NCBI RefSeq assembly: GCF_016432865.1
Contig: NC_067398.1
Span: 335,730,001 to 335,794,000, forward strand
DNA length: 64,000 nucleotides
DNA from: Antechinus flavipes
Taxonomy: Eukaryota
Direction: 5' to 3'
This document shows, piece after piece, positions 60,300 through 64,000 of this stretch (position 1 is the first letter of the stretch; the number at the start of each line of letters is the position of its first letter). Position numbers and translations under genes: made by a program. The notes under the pieces were generated by a model that did not search any database, was not told the origin of the DNA, and was given only the letters and a program-made list of their open reading frames with translations.

Positions 60300-63200
60300 T
60301 GGAAGCACAATAAAGTCTTAATACTTGCTGATATCAAGTGAGAAGGCAATTAATTTTGTAAAATGAAATATTCACTCAAGTTCAACACTTGAAGACTTCA
60401 TTGTAACATGGAAATAAGTGGGTTCTTTAAAGGTTTTGACAACACAGCACGAAGTCTAGAAAATTCCACCAAGCTAAAAAGGGTTGGATGAGAGGCAAAT
60501 AAGGAGAGCAATCTACTAAACCTCTGAAATGACCACATTTTTAGCTACCATAATTTGAAACATAAAGGGAATGTAATCTATAACACTTCTCACATGCTTG
60601 ACAGTACTCTTTATCATGATGTACTCCATCCTTATGGCCACTTTTCTGGTTTTCTTCAAAGTCAATTTCTATGGAGCCTTTCTTGAAATCCAACTAAAAT
60701 TACATTCATTGCATTTATATTTGTACATGGTATAAGCTCCTTGAGGGCAGTGCCTGCAACTTTTTCTCCATATCCTTGCTGGCAAGCACACAGTTGGCAC
60801 TCAATTCACTGAAAAAATAGCTATGTAATAAAATCACTGATCACATATGCAAAATTTAAAAGGACTACATAAATCATCTAGTTCTCAATTTACAGATGAG
60901 GAAACCAGAGCCCCAGCAATCCCAAGTTAAAGAGCAAATATTTCGTGACTATTTCCCCAATTCCCATTAAGATTCTAGATATTAACAAATGGGACTAACT
61001 TTCTACAATATTCTTTCACAAAAGGCTCTGCACTCCAAAGAGAAAGCTATCAGACTGAAGAATGCTCAAGATTCTTTTTCCTTCCTTCCTCACTTTTTCA
61101 GAATCCTTGATTTAGCCTTTTAGTATCAGCTATCAATTTCTGCATGGTTTCCCTGTTGTGAATGCCCTTCCACCTCTAACCCCAAGGAAGGCTTTATATA
61201 TATGTTTAGATCCAGACACCTGCAAACTGCTTTACCATGAGAATATAAAGTCCTTGAGGTAAAGAACTTAATTCTTTTGTGCTGTCACTACCTGGCACAG
61301 TATAGGACCTTAGGGAGTGTCCAAGGATTTATATGCTTTGGCATTTCCCATTTATTGCCCCAACAAAAAAAGCTGACAGTTCCAAAAGACGAGGGGGAAC
61401 ACCTGTAGTGTAGCATCCAGGAATATTTTCACATCCAAATGCAGTCATGGGATAAGCAAAACCTTTGCTGGAGTGCACAGGTCTCAGGATCCAAGCTGAA
61501 GGCTGCTCCTAAAGAAACGGCTCCAAGCTTGACGGAGCACGTGGGACCTTGGCACATATTTTACAGGAGTCTTGGGATAGCCATTCAAAACCTTATTAAA
61601 TTCTTCTAGATCATTTTAGAACCAGCCAACATTTAAGTCTCCTCTACCTAACATTCATTGAAAAGTTACAACTTTAATCACTTGTTTATTCCTTTGACAA
61701 TCTTCATAGTCAAGAAATCACTTGATTTGCTTTCCTCTCCTTAACTTTAATCCTTCCTAACAAGTATTTCTGAAATTCTTTCCTATTCTTCTAAACAATT
61801 CAATTCTTAAGTACCTCTCTTGAAAAATGGACCAAAAAGCTGACAAAGAAAGCATACTAATTTAAAATCAGAATATGCAAATTAAAATTCTAGCTCTTTT
61901 TAATGTGACCATAGACAAGTTAATATTCCTTCTCTGGATATTAGTGTTTTGTCTTGGAAATGAAGGTCTTGGAATTTAAAGATCTCTTAGGGAAATAATC
62001 CTGTGAGGAATGAGTAGTCTTGCTATTAGGAAAGTGTGGAAAAAGTGGAAAAGGACCAACCTTTGAATATAATATATGAGGATTTAACTAATCTGCTATC
62101 TTTCTTGTTCTATTATAACTTTCTAAACCACATAATTCCCCACTGAATCACTGAGCACTGAGAAAAGAAGACCTAAAGAAGCAATCTTATTGGTAGTTGA
62201 CGATGGTGTGCTCTTCTGAGTATGCAGTAAATGTCACCTAAATTACAGTTCCCTTGGAATGCAAGGCTTAACAAGATTCAGCTATACATTTGCAAAAATA
62301 AAAACAAAGGTCTCCTGGTTAAAATAAAAAGCTAAACAAGAAATTACCCAAGTTCTACACCAAGCGACATAAACATAAATCTTTAATGTGAGTTAAGACT
62401 GGCAAGAGAACAGCATATTTTACTTACATTTGTATACTTAGACCAAAACTCCTCATAAGCAAAGGTGCCACAAAAGAAACAACTCCCAGTTGTCATGATA
62501 TTTGCAAAATGTTGCACAGACAACAAATCGATGTAATGTGGGTTCCATTCTACCACTGCCTTTTTAATGTGGAATCAATTATCAGATGCTTTGGGACATT
62601 AGGTCCATTTTGTTCAAGAAAGAGAAACTCACCATGGCCATAGGCCTGTCCTCTCCTTGGGGATTGGGAGTAGGAGGGAAAGGTCCATGGAGGAAGTATT
62701 GGGAGTACATGGAAAAGGAGAACCCTGAACATAGTAAAGACTACAAATAACCCATAATTAAAATGTAATAGTTGTTGGAAAAAACAGAATTAGATTCCCG
62801 CAATAGCTAAACATGCATCAATAAGACCAAACAGACCAAGAACAGCTTCTGTATCTCCACAGAAACTTAAGGTGGGAAAGCCTATGTTAAAAGGGAAAAA
62901 AAAAATTTATTAGAAGCTCAGCTCCTCAAAATTCTCAACACTTAAAACTCAAAAAAAAAAAAAAAAAAAAAAGAGATTTCTTCAGTATCTACAAATAACA
63001 TGTTCACCAATTTGAAAATATTCATTTGGTTCTAATATAAAATACTTGCTGTATGGGATTAAAACAAATTAACCTGTGGGATAAAATTTAAGAGACTGCA
63101 ATCTCTTGGCCGCCTCAAGAAATGGAAGAAATCAATTCAGATGAAGAGGTTACTTATGTGGAATCACCCAGTATTTTAAAGAGAAAAAGAAAAAAAAAAT

Positions 63201-64000
63201 TATGCTAACTCTATAAGTCAAGGTGTTCACAGCACCAACTTTTTTTTTTTAGAGTGCCCCTACTGATGAGAATTTCTGAATATATGATTTGATTACATAT
63301 TGATTTGTCAGTCTCAAATACAAATGGTAAACAAAGAGACTACATTGTAGAGTTCAGGTAATGACACAATCCCACAAAATCTGTGCTCCAGTTGTAGGAT
63401 TTTTTTAAAAAGGTGTCAACCTGTACTATACAAAAATCAATTCAGCATATGTAGAACTTTTCTAGGTTGAATTCAGGTTTTAACCAAGAAGGATCCAAAG
63501 AATAGAGAATGAAGAAAAGAACCAAATTAAAGTCAATCTAATTCTAGTTTTTAAGATGAAATAATTTAAAGTAATTTAGGGCACCCCACCTGTAAAGTAC
63601 TCAAGGTGCTCCGATTATCTTTCTGAAGCAAAGGTGTACAATAAGGGGCACAGATAATAATATTCTGGATTTGAAGCATCAAATAATAGAAATTCAAAAT
63701 GAAGAGACCAAATAGTTTAAATTCTTGATTCTTCTGTGTATAAACCTAACAGAAATAGCAAATTCAGCACCAGTGGTAGTAATGTAACTAATAAGTTAGT
63801 AAGGTAGCTAATCTTATATAATTCAAGCCTCTGAAAGGTCAAGGTGAATGTTTTCTAAATGTTATAAATTGGGGGACAAAAGGGGAGGAGAGAAAGGGAA
63901 GTGGGGAGGGAAGGGGGAGAGAAGAAAATGATTACATTTCTGACCATGGGGCTAACTGCTGCATTAATTAGGGTGAGGCAACCAACAAGTTACATGGGTG
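60300..64000 (-). other. repeat-poor AT-rich unique sequence, possibly the 3' region of the flanking gene (LUC7L by synteny)
   Basis: Repeat density falls markedly here. LUC7L is the established 3' neighbour of amniote alpha clusters, on the opposite strand. No LUC7L coding exon was recognised in the window, so this is inference only. Confidence 0.25.

Noticed and set aside
50300-60300. Searched for a globin-Y relic between omega and the 3' flank (present at this position in platypus)
   Set aside because: No globin motifs were recognised on either strand by eye, and the region is mostly L1/L2/SINE. A sensitive tblastn/HMM search is needed to exclude a highly decayed copy.
1-64000. tRNA, rRNA, CRISPR or prokaryotic systems
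   Set aside because: None seen. tRNA-like A/B-box sequences belong to SINE heads, and the window is mammalian genomic DNA.

Overview
This window is most of a marsupial alpha-globin cluster. The adult alpha chain and the linked omega-globin suggest a dasyurid such as a quoll or Tasmanian devil (inference). All globin genes are on the + strand with three exons, in the order: zeta (intact), alphaD/mu (intact), pseudo-alpha A, alpha (intact), pseudo-alpha C, a heavily decayed alpha-like relic at about 36.8-37.4 kb, theta (intact ORF), a 546-N gap, and the beta-like omega-globin. Omega carries a 1-bp deletion in exon 2 that causes a frameshift. The alpha genes sit in a triplicated unit of several kb, and the two pseudogenes are mosaic, consistent with gene conversion. 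Intergenic DNA is dense with L1 3' ends, L2, MIR/marsupial SINEs and two solo LTRs with 4-bp TSDs. Top observations: the hidden alpha relic; the omega frameshift (real null or assembly error); a GATA/AP-1-bearing solo LTR found only upstream of the intact alpha gene; CTCF-like motifs at the alpha, pseudo-alpha C and theta promoters. Most ORFs in the supplied track are spurious.
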